A DNA stretch of 63,516 nucleotides. Origin: an uncultured Candidatus Saccharibacteria bacterium. GTDB taxonomy: Bacteria > Patescibacteriota > Minisyncoccia > Phycocordibacterales > UBA9973. Under the pieces are notes generated by a model, which worked only from the letters and a program-made list of their open reading frames with translations, was not told the origin of the DNA and did not search any database. The stretch's first letter is position 1; the number at the start of each line of letters is the position of its first letter. Below, piece after piece: positions 47,535 to 57,896 of this stretch. Location of the stretch: contig CAYLKL010000001.1 in the NCBI GenBank assembly GCA_964384645.1, forward strand, positions 70,856-134,371, read 5' to 3'. A program made the position numbers and the translations under genes.

Positions 47535-47768
47535 ATGGCACGAGCAGATCAAGAAGACGAGTTATTCGAAAAAGACATAGAGGAAATTCTACCTTCTGGT
47601 TTTCATATTGTAGACGAAGACGGTGAAGACGAAGAAGAGACAGACGGGGCTCTTGATGAAGTTTTGGCAGTAGAAGTAGGCGAAGTAGATGACCCATTAT
47701 TAGAAGCAGTTTCTGGAGATTTTGGTGGAAATGAATTTGATTTTGAACACCAAGAAGAAGAGAGTTAG
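47535..47768 (+). CDS. Highly acidic small protein
   Basis: 77 aa dominated by D/E, with an upstream TTGCAT-type promoter. Confidence 0.7.
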   Translation: MARADQEDELFEKDIEEILPSGFHIVDEDGEDEEETDGALDEVLAVEVGEVDDPLLEAVSGDFGGNEFDFEHQEEES

Positions 47769-47847
47769 GTTAGAATTTAGATAATTTTAGATAATTAGAA
47801 TATAGATTTTAGACAAACAAAAAAACCAGCAATGCTGGTTTTTTTGT

Positions 47848-49038
47848 TTATATTATTTTAAGAAATCTATGTTTCCCTATTTTGTAGGTTCCTTCTTTGG
47901 TTATGTCTGTCCAGTTTTTAACAACCTCTTCGGTATTAAGATTTTTAACAGACCATAATGTTATTAACCTTTTAATTTCTGATTTTGTTCCAATCCCTGC
48001 ATTAAACAAACTTTCTATAACCGTCTCCCCCTCTTTCATTTTATAAGTTGGTGCGTCTTGTGGAATTCCGCCACCCCCAAAAACTGATGAAAAGTTAAAC
48101 TGTGCTTTTTGGGCTTGTTTTTCTCCATGAATGTTTTTTACTACTTCTAGAGCTATTTTTTCCTTTGCCTCTTTTGGCCCTAAAGAGAATATATTTTCTT
48201 TTTGTTCAAGTGGAATTCTTGTGTTGTTAACAAAAAATACTTCAGTCATTTCATCGGGTTGAGACATTATGGCTCCAAACATATCTTCGGGTGATGATGC
48301 CAAAAAAACACCAGTACCTTCTGATTTTGACATAAGTTTTCCTGTTTTTGGATTTTCTCCGAGCTTTAAGACTATTACAAACTTTTCTTTGTTATTTATT
48401 CTTTTTTGCAAAACCCTACCTGCCATAGCATTAAATGTTTGATCCGTTCCACATAATTCAATATCTACATCCATCGCCACACTGTCGTAACCTTGCATCA
48501 AAGGGTATAAAAATTCGTGTAAATGAATTGGGGTATTTGATTCTATTCTTTTTTCAAACATATCCCTTTCTAGCATTTGCTGAACAGTAAAGTTTGAAGC
48601 CAAAGAAACTACATCTTTGAAAGAAAGTTTTTCGAGCCACTTAGAATTATATTTTATTTTGGCTGGGTTAGTTTTGTCTTGAAAATTTATTATGTTTTTT
48701 AGATTTTTTTTCCAAGAAACGGCATTATTTTGAGCTTCTTTTTTTGTAAGCTGTTTTCTTGTTGATTCCTTTCCTGTTGGGTCACCGATTTGAGCTGTAA
48801 AATCCCCTACCAAAACGATAACTTCATGGCCCAACTGTCGCAATTCTTCCAAAAACATATAATTTTTGGCGTGATTAAGGTGTAAAGAGTTAGATGTTGG
48901 GTCTGCACCTAGGTAAATTCTCAGTTTTTTACCGGAATCTAGAACCTTAAATAGCTCTTCTTTTGAGGGCAAAACCTCTGAAACAACTCCTCTGTTGAAG
49001 ATTTCTTCGATTCTTTTTTTGTCACTATTGATTGGCAT
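47848..49038 (-). CDS. tyrS: Tyrosine--tRNA ligase
   Basis: GADPT..SLHLNH, LYPLMQGYD, GTDQTFN and LMSKS. Confidence 0.95.
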   Translation of the reverse strand: MPINSDKKRIEEIFNRGVVSEVLPSKEELFKVLDSGKKLRIYLGADPTSNSLHLNHAKNYMFLEELRQLGHEVIVLVGDFTAQIGDPTGKESTRKQLTKKEAQNNAVSWKKNLKNIINFQDKTNPAKIKYNSKWLEKLSFKDVVSLASNFTVQQMLERDMFEKRIESNTPIHLHEFLYPLMQGYDSVAMDVDIELCGTDQTFNAMAGRVLQKRINNKEKFVIVLKLGENPKTGKLMSKSEGTGVFLASSPEDMFGAIMSQPDEMTEVFFVNNTRIPLEQKENIFSLGPKEAKEKIALEVVKNIHGEKQAQKAQFNFSSVFGGGGIPQDAPTYKMKEGETVIESLFNAGIGTKSEIKRLITLWSVKNLNTEEVVKNWTDITKEGTYKIGKHRFLKII

Positions 49039-49123
49039 ATTTCGTCTAACTAATTAATATACAAATACTCTATCATTTTTTTGTTAAATTTGGTAATAGT
49101 ACGTGATATCATTAAAGAACAAT

Positions 49124-51637
49124 ATGAGAAAATACTTAAAAAAACATTGGGAGAAGCATTGGGTTAGAAATATAATTTTTTTTATACTAGGAGCTGGTTT
49201 AATTTTTGCCAGTTTTGTATTTATAACAATAGCAACTATAAAAATACCAGACCTAAAGTCTTTTGAGGAGAGAAAAATTGTTAAGTCTACTAAAATATAT
49301 GACAGAACTGGTGAATTTGTTCTTTTCGACATTCACGAATCTCTAAAAAGAACTGTTATTCCTTTTTCTGATATGGGAACAAATATTAAAAACGCAGTTG
49401 TTGCGGTAGAAGATGCCGAATTTTATAGCCACAACGGTGTTCGAATAGACAGAACTCTAAAAGCGATATTCAACAACCTCACAACAGGAGGCCCAACACA
49501 AGGTGGGTCAACTATCACACAACAGCTTATTAAAAACAGTGTTCTAACAACTGATAAAAAGATTTCTCGAAAAATAAAAGAGTGGATGCTTGCTTATAAA
49601 ATTGAGGAAGAAATGACAAAAGATCAGATATTAGAAACTTACCTAAACGAACTACCTTACGGAAATATATACGGAGTTCAAGAAGCATCTCGTTCTTTTT
49701 TTGGAAAAGACCCAATTGATCTAACCCTTACAGAATCAGCTTATTTGGCGGCTATTCCACAAGCTCCCACTTACTACTCCCCTTATGGTAGTCATTTAGA
49801 TGATTTAGAAAATAGAAAAAACTTCGTTTTAAAAAGAATGAATGAACTAGGTTTTATAACAGAAGAGGAATATCTAAATGCATTAGCAGAAAAAGTGGTT
49901 TGGAAAGAACAGGATAATATAAAAATAAAAGCCCCTCACTTTGTTTTCTATATAAAAGAATACTTAGAGGGTAAATACGGTAGAGACACAGTTGAAAATG
50001 GTGGTTTAAAAATAATATCAACTCTTGATTGGGAACTTCAACAAAAAGCAGAGGAAATTGTAAAAAGAAACGCATTAGAAAATGAAGTAGATTTTAATGC
50101 TTCAAATGCCGCCCTTGTAACCATAGACCCTAAGACTGGGCAAGTTTTAACAATGGTTGGTTCAAGAGATTATTTCGACACAAAAATAGACGGTAAATAC
50201 AATGTTGCAATAGCAAAAAGACAGCCTGGTTCTTCTTTTAAGCCATTTGCTTACGCTACTGCTTTTAAAAAAGGATTTACACCAAATTCTAAACTATTCG
50301 ATGTTTTTACAGAATTTAACACAGGATGTTCTCCTTACGGAAAACCACTTCGTTCAGGTGCTGATTGTTATAATCCTGATAACTTTGACGGAACATTCAA
50401 AGGACCTATTACAATGCGCTCAGCTTTGGCTGAATCTATAAACGTTGTTGCCGTTAAAACTCTTTATCTAGCTGGTCTTAATAATGCTATTGCAACAGCA
50501 AGAGACATGGGAATAAAAACACTAACAGATCCTGACAGATACGGCCTTACTTTGGTTTTGGGAGGTGGAGAAGTTACACCTCTTGAAATGACTGGGGCTT
50601 ATGCAACTTTTGCAAATGAAGGAGTACACAATCAACCTACAACAATTTTATCTGTTGAAGATTATGAGGGTAATGTTTTAGAAGAATTCGTACCAAACCC
50701 AAGAGAAGTTTTAGATAGAAATGTTGCATTAATGATTTCAGACGTGCTATCAGACAACATAGCCCGATCGCCGACTTTTGGTCTATACTCTTCACTTCAT
50801 TTCCCAGGAAAATCAGTTGCTGCAAAGACAGGAACAACAAACAATAACCGAGATGCGTGGCTAGTTGGGTATTCTCCAAATATTGCTGTAGGTGTTTGGT
50901 CTGGAAACAATGACAATACACCCATGAAAAAATCTTCTTCTGCTATTTCCGGCCCGCTTTTTAAAGAATTTATGAACGAAGCACTAAAAACTGTTCCAAA
51001 CGATAGTTTTGAAAAACCTTTTATAAATGACTCAAACTTACCCGCTCCTCTTAAGGGTGAGTGGCAAGGTGGCGAAGCTTACACAATAGATACAATCTCA
51101 GGAAAACTCGCGACAGAATATACACCAAATGAAACTAAAAAAGATTTAGTTGTAACAAATGTTCATTCTATTCTTTATTGGATAGACAAAGACAACCCAA
51201 CTGTTTTAAAAACAGGAGATTTCGACTCTGATAACCAATTTAAAAACTGGGAAACAACTGTGCAAGATTGGTGGAGTCAAAATAAATCTAAATATAACAC
51301 TGTAACTCAAAGCCAAGTACCGAGTAGCTACGACGACGTACATGTACCTTCAAAATTTCCAAGCGTTACAATAAGTAGTCCCAACAATAATTCTGTTTTA
51401 TCTATAAACCAAAATGTTGCCGTAAATTTTAATTACAATGGATTTTACTCTTACAAAAAAGCAGACATTTACTTAAATAATTCATTTTTAGGTAGTATAG
51501 ACGCACCGCAAAATAGTTTTTCTTTTGACCCTAAAAACATAGCCAAAATAGGTGAAACGAACGAATTATCTATAGTTGTAACAGATGTAGTGTTTAATAA
51601 AGATACTGAAATTATTAAAGTTGAATTTTCTGAATAA
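49124..51637 (+). CDS. Class A penicillin-binding protein (1A family)
   Basis: EDAEF, GGSTITQQL, RKIKE, SSFK (SxxK), SIN and KTGT. Start ATG 49124. Confidence 0.95.
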   Translation: MRKYLKKHWEKHWVRNIIFFILGAGLIFASFVFITIATIKIPDLKSFEERKIVKSTKIYDRTGEFVLFDIHESLKRTVIPFSDMGTNIKNAVVAVEDAEFYSHNGVRIDRTLKAIFNNLTTGGPTQGGSTITQQLIKNSVLTTDKKISRKIKEWMLAYKIEEEMTKDQILETYLNELPYGNIYGVQEASRSFFGKDPIDLTLTESAYLAAIPQAPTYYSPYGSHLDDLENRKNFVLKRMNELGFITEEEYLNALAEKVVWKEQDNIKIKAPHFVFYIKEYLEGKYGRDTVENGGLKIISTLDWELQQKAEEIVKRNALENEVDFNASNAALVTIDPKTGQVLTMVGSRDYFDTKIDGKYNVAIAKRQPGSSFKPFAYATAFKKGFTPNSKLFDVFTEFNTGCSPYGKPLRSGADCYNPDNFDGTFKGPITMRSALAESINVVAVKTLYLAGLNNAIATARDMGIKTLTDPDRYGLTLVLGGGEVTPLEMTGAYATFANEGVHNQPTTILSVEDYEGNVLEEFVPNPREVLDRNVALMISDVLSDNIARSPTFGLYSSLHFPGKSVAAKTGTTNNNRDAWLVGYSPNIAVGVWSGNNDNTPMKKSSSAISGPLFKEFMNEALKTVPNDSFEKPFINDSNLPAPLKGEWQGGEAYTIDTISGKLATEYTPNETKKDLVVTNVHSILYWIDKDNPTVLKTGDFDSDNQFKNWETTVQDWWSQNKSKYNTVTQSQVPSSYDDVHVPSKFPSVTISSPNNNSVLSINQNVAVNFNYNGFYSYKKADIYLNNSFLGSIDAPQNSFSFDPKNIAKIGETNELSIVVTDVVFNKDTEIIKVEFSE

Positions 51638-51639
51638 AC

Positions 51640-51888
51640 TTAAAAAATATTAGATAAAAAAATATTACTTTCTTTTAACTCTAAAAGTATTTCTTCTTTT
51701 TTTATTTTAATTTCGTGTTTTACAGACGGGTGAATATTTAACTTAACACTATCCCCCGTTAAGATTATTTCATCTTCTTTAATTTCAAAGTTTATTTTTT
51801 TAGAAATTATTTTTCTAATTAAGTCTATTTTGTCTTTATTTTTAAAAACATTAGTTTTTAAATTTTTAAAAATATCAGATAAATCCAT
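51640..51888 (-). CDS. DciA/DUF721-like small protein
   Basis: HPSVKHEIKIKKEEILLEL and position downstream of dnaN. Confidence 0.5.
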   Translation of the reverse strand: MDLSDIFKNLKTNVFKNKDKIDLIRKIISKKINFEIKEDEIILTGDSVKLNIHPSVKHEIKIKKEEILLELKESNIFLSNIF

Positions 51889-52985
51889 TATCTTATCATT
51901 GGCATAATTAAATAAAGGAAAGTTCCGTCTGTTATTCCTTTAATAATTATAGGTTTATTATTTCCATTAAACATAAACTCAACTGAATCTGCATTTATAA
52001 TAGACAAAACATCTGCTAAATATCGATAGTTTATAGATATGTTGATTGGTTCACCTTTCATCGCACAATCAATCTCTGTTTTCTGTTCACCTAAATCTGA
52101 GTTTTTTGAAATCAAAAAACAGGTTTTGTTTTTTGGGTCTACATCAAAAGTTATTTGATTAAATTTATCAGAAAAAATATTAGAGATCTTAATTGATTGT
52201 TCCAAGTCTTTCAAAAGAAAGACGGCGTCCGTTGTTGAGTTTTTAGGAATTATTTGTTTATAGTCTGGATAACTTCCATTTATTATCCGAGTGGTTAAAT
52301 AAATATTATCTATATTATAAGAAAGCTGATTTTCGTTCCATGTTATAGAAACACTGCCTTCGTAGTCGCTTAAAATTCTACTTATATCTAAAATATTCTT
52401 AAACGGTATTATGATTCCATTTATTTCATTCTGAATCTTAATTTTTATTCTTTTTTCGGAAAGTCTAAACGAGTCGGTCGCAACAAAAACTAACCCATTA
52501 TCGTCGCTATACATATAAACACTTGATATTTCTGGTCTTATTTCTGTTGTTGCAGCACTATTTACAACAGACTTAATACCTTCTAAATAAACATTTACTG
52601 GGACAGAAAAACTAAAACCTTCAACAATTGGTATAGTTGGAAAATCTTCATGAGGTATAGCTTTAACGGTTGCTTTATGGTGTTTAGTTGAGATATTTAA
52701 ATTTCCATTAATCTCCTCTAAACTTACTTCTTCATCTAAATCAATTGAAGATAGAAATTCATTTATAATAGCCCCTGGAACAGCTAAAACGCCCTCCTTT
52801 TCAAGAGTACCTATTATTTCCATCTCAGAACCTATGTTGATGTTTGTAGCTCGTAATTTAAGGGTTTTCCCTGATCCTATAAAAAGAATACTCTCTAATA
52901 CAGGTAACGTTACGTTCTTCCCTGTAATTCTAACCAGGTTACCAATCGCCTTTTTTAAGTTTTTGTTTTTTGTAGTGAATTTCAT
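51888..52985 (-). CDS. dnaN: DNA polymerase III beta clamp
   Basis: LPVL, ATN, FPTIP, VATDSFRL, YPDYKQIIP and IMPM. Confidence 0.97.
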   Translation of the reverse strand: MKFTTKNKNLKKAIGNLVRITGKNVTLPVLESILFIGSGKTLKLRATNINIGSEMEIIGTLEKEGVLAVPGAIINEFLSSIDLDEEVSLEEINGNLNISTKHHKATVKAIPHEDFPTIPIVEGFSFSVPVNVYLEGIKSVVNSAATTEIRPEISSVYMYSDDNGLVFVATDSFRLSEKRIKIKIQNEINGIIIPFKNILDISRILSDYEGSVSITWNENQLSYNIDNIYLTTRIINGSYPDYKQIIPKNSTTDAVFLLKDLEQSIKISNIFSDKFNQITFDVDPKNKTCFLISKNSDLGEQKTEIDCAMKGEPINISINYRYLADVLSIINADSVEFMFNGNNKPIIIKGITDGTFLYLIMPMIR

Positions 52986-52989
52986 ATTA

Positions 52990-53218
52990 GTATATTAATT
53001 ATTTAATTTAGATATTTTTTATTAGTATTAGTAATTACTAAATTGTTAATAACTTGATTTTTTATTGTAAATAAAGGGTTTTTTAGAAAAAGAGCTGTTG
53101 AAAAGTGCTGGGGAATCTTTAAATTAAGAGTAGTAACGTTGGGTATAAGTTTATTGTTTATAAAGTTATTAACTTTTAGTTTTAAGTTTTTCATATTATA
53201 TACAATGTTTTTCCACAG
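52990..53218. other. Probable oriC segment (dnaA-dnaN spacer)
   Basis: AT-rich, with DnaA-box-like 9-mers (ttttccaca 53209-53217, tgttaataa, tgttgaaaa, tgggtataa). Confidence 0.65.
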
Positions 53219-54525
53219 CTATTTAAACATAATTTTTAACTGCTCTATCTCTTGAGCAAGTAGTGGGTTGGTTTTAAGGTCGTCTTTTATTTTTAAGTAA
53301 GAGTGAATAACAGTGGTGTGATCTTTTCCCCCAAGTTTTTGACCGATTAATGGGTAAGATACGTTAAAGAATTCTCTTAATATGTACATAACAAGTTGCC
53401 TAACCTTAACAATTTCCTTTCTTCTTGTTTTTTCGTAAATTGAATTTTCATCTATGTTGTAATAGCCAGAAACAGCCTTAACTATATCTTTTACTACAAC
53501 CTGTTTTTTAGGTTTTATACTGTTTTTAATTAAACACTTTACATCATTTAAGGTTACGGTTTTGTTTTTTAATTGCCCATGACACACAACAGTGTTTAGG
53601 CTTCCTTCTAGCTCTCTAACGTTTCCTTGAACTATTTCAGCCATATAACTTAGAACATCTTCAGTTAGTTCTATTGGTGAAATTTTGGCTTTTTCTCTAA
53701 GGATAGCTAGTCTAGATTCAAACTCGGGTTGGTTAATGTCTATTATCATTCCAGCTTGGAAGCGAGATCTTAGTCGGTCTTCTAACCCATGTGCTTCCCT
53801 TTTTCGTATAAAGTATTGAATAAATGAAATAGTTCTTCTTGAGTTTTTTCCATTTTTCCAACAAATTGAATGTCGTCAACTATTAAAACGTCAAACTTTC
53901 TAAATTTTTCCTTGAAAGAGTTTGTTGAGTTGTTTGTAAAAGAAGTTACGAGTTCTGTCGCAAACTTCTCAAGAGTTGTGTAAATAACCTTTTTATCCTT
54001 GTGTTTTTCTTTAATAGCATTACCAATAGATTGTATTAAGTGAGTTTTTCCAAGGCCAGTATCTCCGTATATAAAGTATGGATTGTAGTTTAATCCTGGT
54101 TTGTCTACCACCGCATTAGCTGCAGCAAAAGCCATTTCGTTAAAAGGTCCAACAACTAAAGAATCAAAAGTGTATTTAGGGTTTAAATTGTCTTCTTTGT
54201 TTACATAAAGGTCGTGTAGAGGTAGTTCTCGAGAGCGATCGGTTAGAGAAGGTCCTTTAAGTAAGTTTGGTCTATCAAATTTAACAATTAGATACTCAAC
54301 GTTTCGAGTATCTTCAGAAAAGTTTATTAAAGTTTGAAGTATTAGCGTGTGGAATTTATTAGAAATCCAATCTCTTACGAATTCATTCGGTACTCCTATA
54401 AAAATAACACCAGATTCTTTCTTTACCAAGGATGTGTTTTTAAACCAAGTGTTAAAATTAGCTTTTGAAACGTTGCTTTCTATAACGTGAAGGCATTGAT
54501 TCCAAAGAGTATTGTATTCATTCAT
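53219..54525 (-). pseudogene. dnaA: Replication initiator DnaA, split by an apparent deletion/frameshift at about 53790
   Basis: GDTGLGKTHL and DDIQF in ORF 53782-54525. LEDRLRSRF and GGKDHTTV are in another frame. The QIVxSSDxxP segment is absent. Confidence 0.9.
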
Positions 54526-54677
54526 AATTTATCCACAGAAAAACTAATTAATAAGTAATTTGAATTATATCTTTTAATAAGGAATGCTTCCAATCTAAAA
54601 ATTTTATAACATTGTTAATAACATGTGGAAATCTTTTAATCGTTGCAAGATAATCGATTATAGTATAAAATCGCCTC
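54526..54677. promoter_or_regulatory. dnaA/rpmH divergent region with DnaA boxes
   Basis: Perfect TTATCCACA at 54529-54537 and tgtggaaat at about 54624. Confidence 0.75.
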
Positions 54678-54818
54678 ATGTCACAAACCTATAATCCTAA
54701 GAAGAGAAAAAGAGCCAAGACCCACGGCTTTTTGACTCGTACTAAAACAGTCGGGGGTCAGAATATTCTTAAGAGAAGAAGACAAAAAGGAAGAAAAAAA
54801 CTTACTGTTTCAGGATAA
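54678..54818 (+). CDS. rpmH: 50S ribosomal protein L34 (not in ORF track)
   Basis: [46 protein letters not shown]. Confidence 0.96.
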   Translation: MSQTYNPKKRKRAKTHGFLTRTKTVGGQNILKRRRQKGRKKLTVSG

Positions 54819-54825
54819 AATCTAG

Positions 54826-55173
54826 ATGTTGCCTAGAGAAAACAGAATATCGAAGACAGAATACCCTACCCTACTTAAGCAAAGTAGGTATTTTGTTTTA
54901 GATGGAACAACTATAAAGCATGCGGTTTCTGAAAAAGGGCCTAAATTTTCAATAGTTATTTCTGCAAAAGTTTCAAAAAAGGCGGTTAAAAGGAACCTAA
55001 TTAGAAGGATATTTAGCGAAAACATTAAAAAAGCAGACTTACTAGCTAAAATAGGTAAAAAAGCTTTATTTATATACGTTTCTAAAGAGCTGGGCCTTAT
55101 GTCTAGGTATAAAATTAACCAAAAATCAGAGGATTTAGTCAATAAAATATGTCTGTTTTTTCAAAAATCTTAA
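54826..55173 (+). CDS. rnpA: RNase P protein
   Basis: MLPRENRI, SAKVSKKAVKRNLIRR, and synteny. Confidence 0.93.
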   Translation: MLPRENRISKTEYPTLLKQSRYFVLDGTTIKHAVSEKGPKFSIVISAKVSKKAVKRNLIRRIFSENIKKADLLAKIGKKALFIYVSKELGLMSRYKINQKSEDLVNKICLFFQKS

Positions 55174-55379
55174 TATTTTTAATAAGAATGTATCAAAAAA
55201 CTCTAGGTAAAATGATTGGCACCCTAAGGGGTCACGCTACTTGTCGTTTTTTGCCAACTTGTTCTGAGTACACCATTCTTGCTATTGAAAAATATGGCTT
55301 TCTTAAGGGTCTTTATAAGGGTATAAATAGAGTTTTAAGGTGTCACCCGTGGAGTAAACAAAGGGTCGACTTTCCATAA
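55149..55379 (+). CDS. yidD: Membrane protein insertion efficiency factor
   Basis: CRFLPTCSEY...G...RVLRCHPW. Confidence 0.95.
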   Translation: MSVFSKILIFLIRMYQKTLGKMIGTLRGHATCRFLPTCSEYTILAIEKYGFLKGLYKGINRVLRCHPWSKQRVDFP

Positions 55380-55438
55380 AAACAAAAAAATAGATAGTCA
55401 ATATATTAAATAAAGGGTTTTTTGTGTAGAATAGACGA

Positions 55439-56179
55439 ATGATTACCCTTTGGAACATAATAATTTATAAACCCCTTTATAACGCACTGGTCGCACTAAT
55501 AGATATATTGCCGGGCGCAAATATAGCCATAGCAGTAATACTTTTAACTGTAATTGTTAAGGTAGTAATGCTTCCTTTAAACAAAAAGTCTATTAAAAGC
55601 CAGATGGCAATGAAAGAAATCGAGCCTGAGCTTAATAAAATTAGAAAAGATTACCCAGACAAGCAAGTTCAAGCCCAAAAAACAATGGCGCTTTACAAAG
55701 AGCGAGGTGTAAATCCTTTTTCAGGCTGTTTGGTTATACTTATTCAATACCCTATTATCATCGCTCTTTATTTGATTTTCACAAAAGGAATAAACGGAGG
55801 AATTATAGACCCAAGCTTACTTTATTCTTTTATAAAAATGCCAGCAGAAGTTGGACTTAATTTTTTAGGCACGCAAATAACAGAAAAGAGTTTAATTATC
55901 GCTATTTTGGTTGCAGGTTCTCAATATTTTTCACTAAAGCAAATTAACGATATTAATAAGGTTAAAAATGAAACACCGGTAGATCCAAACGAGAAACTAG
56001 ATTTCGCTCAAGAGTTTGGTAAAAATATGACAAAAAACATGACCTACACCCTTCCGGTGATTATTGGTATTGTCTCTTATCAAGTTTCAGCAGCTGTCGC
56101 ATTATATTTTTTAACAAGTAATATTGTTTCTATAGTTCAACAAACATTTATATTAAAAAATAAAAATGCCAAAAAGTAG
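55439..56179 (+). CDS. yidC: Membrane protein insertase YidC/Oxa1
   Basis: AVILLTVIVK..MLPL, GVNPFSGC and ALYFLTSN. Confidence 0.93.
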   Translation: MITLWNIIIYKPLYNALVALIDILPGANIAIAVILLTVIVKVVMLPLNKKSIKSQMAMKEIEPELNKIRKDYPDKQVQAQKTMALYKERGVNPFSGCLVILIQYPIIIALYLIFTKGINGGIIDPSLLYSFIKMPAEVGLNFLGTQITEKSLIIAILVAGSQYFSLKQINDINKVKNETPVDPNEKLDFAQEFGKNMTKNMTYTLPVIIGIVSYQVSAAVALYFLTSNIVSIVQQTFILKNKNAKK

Positions 56180-56627
56180 AATACAAAATATAATAACTGA
56201 CATTTTAAGTACTGTGGGTTTTTCAAATCCTGAGATTTCTTTTGATGAAGTCGACGGCACTATGATTTTTGTTTCTTTAAAAGTTGATTCTCCAAATACT
56301 CTGATTGGTCAAAATGGAGAAACTTTGAATGCTATAAATTATTTAGTATCTAAAATTCTAGAAAAAGAATTTACAGGACAAGAAATACCGCATTTTATTG
56401 TGGATGTTAATAATTTTAGAAGAAAAAAGATTGAAAACATTAGAACAAACGCCCATATGCTAGCTGAAAGAGTTAAGTATTTTAAGTCAGAAATAGAAGC
56501 TGAGCCTATGTCTGCGTATGACAGAAAGATAATGCACTCATACTTACAAAATATTAAGAATATAAAAACAGAGTCTGTTGGTTTTGGAAGAGATCGACAT
56601 ATTGTAATTAAATTTATAGAAGAGTAA
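56166..56627 (+). CDS. jag: Jag/KhpB (KH-R3H) RNA-binding protein, short form
   Basis: LIGQNGETL, PMSAYDRKIMH and TESVG. Confidence 0.88.
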   Translation: MPKSRIQNIITDILSTVGFSNPEISFDEVDGTMIFVSLKVDSPNTLIGQNGETLNAINYLVSKILEKEFTGQEIPHFIVDVNNFRRKKIENIRTNAHMLAERVKYFKSEIEAEPMSAYDRKIMHSYLQNIKNIKTESVGFGRDRHIVIKFIEE

Positions 56628-56629
56628 GT

Positions 56630-57895
56630 TTAATTTTTCAAGTCTATAGTCCAAACAGATCCATCGCGTTTGTTTACAAAGTATAAGTAGTCTTCTTCTT
56701 TTGAGAGTGATGGGTAAATAAAGTCCACTTGTTCTTCGGGGAATCCAATTATTTCTTTTGTTCCATCTAAAATATTATATTTTTCTATTGAATCAGCAAA
56801 AGATACTTGTCCTTGGTACCAAACATCCGGATACGCGCCGTCTCTTGGATTTATCGGCACACCACAATAAACAAAAGTGCCGTTTGTAGACCACACACAT
56901 TTTTCAGGGATTGAGTTTATTGAAGTGCTGGTTAGTCTGGATGTTTTTGAGTCATACAAAGATATTTTCATGTATGAAGAACCAGCTTCCCCTATCAAAA
57001 ATTTATCACCCGTCTTGTTTGGTAAAACTGTTAATCCTTTTATTCCTCCAATTATTTTTTCAAAAACGTTATTTTGAGTGTTTAAAATATAAGAGTAACC
57101 TGAAACAAATCCTGAAGGTTTTGTTGTGAAAAGTATTTTTGCAGGGCTTATGAAATTTGTGGTCCATTCTGAAAAAGTGTGAGAAAAAATGCTTTTTTTA
57201 TTGCCCCCATTCGGGTCTGCAAAAGATCCAGAAGCGGAACCGTCGAAGTTTTGTAAATAAAATAATTTACCAGCTTGTTGATCTACAGATACTGAGATTA
57301 AGTCTTCTGGTAAAAAAGAACCTTTAATAGAATTTTCTAGGTCTGCACCTGGAATAAATGTTGCAGCAAATGTCTCTACTGTTTCTAGATCAGAAGAAAT
57401 GTATCTCAAAACAAGACTGCTTCCTAGAGGTCCAAATATTGCTTCATGTATTTGAGGCATTCTTTTTGATGAAACAATAACCTCTTCTTCTGTGTCAGGA
57501 AAAATATCTATAACTTGACCAGTTATTCTGTTTACAGATCGAACAGCAGAATAAATAGCTACAGAGTTTAAGTTTTGTGCATCAGTTCTTGTTTTTTGTA
57601 TTGAGGTTATTCCAGCAACGGGTCCTTGGTAGATTTTTCTTATTTTAGGTTTTGTTAATTCTTTATTGTCTGCCTGAGAGGGTGTTTCGTTAGTCGTGTT
57701 GCCCGTGTTTTCGTTTGGAGTGTTTTCTGTTGGCGGTTCTTCTTTTTTGCCGAAAGGTAAAAACTCTCTAAAGGTAATACCTCCACTATTTGTTGTTTCG
57801 TTTGTGTTGTTTTTACCTTTTATACCTAAATAAGCAGAAAGACCTAAGATTCCAACAAAAATTATTATAAAAATTATGATTAGTATTTTTTTCAT
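56630..57895 (-). CDS. Membrane-anchored beta-propeller-like protein
   Basis: N-terminal TM, IPEKCVWS, YPDVWYQG, and YLYFVNKRDGSVW. Confidence 0.75.
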   Translation of the reverse strand: MKKILIIIFIIIFVGILGLSAYLGIKGKNNTNETTNSGGITFREFLPFGKKEEPPTENTPNENTGNTTNETPSQADNKELTKPKIRKIYQGPVAGITSIQKTRTDAQNLNSVAIYSAVRSVNRITGQVIDIFPDTEEEVIVSSKRMPQIHEAIFGPLGSSLVLRYISSDLETVETFAATFIPGADLENSIKGSFLPEDLISVSVDQQAGKLFYLQNFDGSASGSFADPNGGNKKSIFSHTFSEWTTNFISPAKILFTTKPSGFVSGYSYILNTQNNVFEKIIGGIKGLTVLPNKTGDKFLIGEAGSSYMKISLYDSKTSRLTSTSINSIPEKCVWSTNGTFVYCGVPINPRDGAYPDVWYQGQVSFADSIEKYNILDGTKEIIGFPEEQVDFIYPSLSKEEDYLYFVNKRDGSVWTIDLKN

Positions 57896-57896
57896 A

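Noticed and set aside
53003-53194. 63-aa N/K-rich ORF
   Set aside because: It lies in the AT-rich DnaA-box spacer and is better explained as oriC.
53782-53805. Programmed -1 frameshift in dnaA at GAAAAAGGG
   Set aside because: It is not a canonical slippery heptamer, and shifting would not restore the missing conserved residues.
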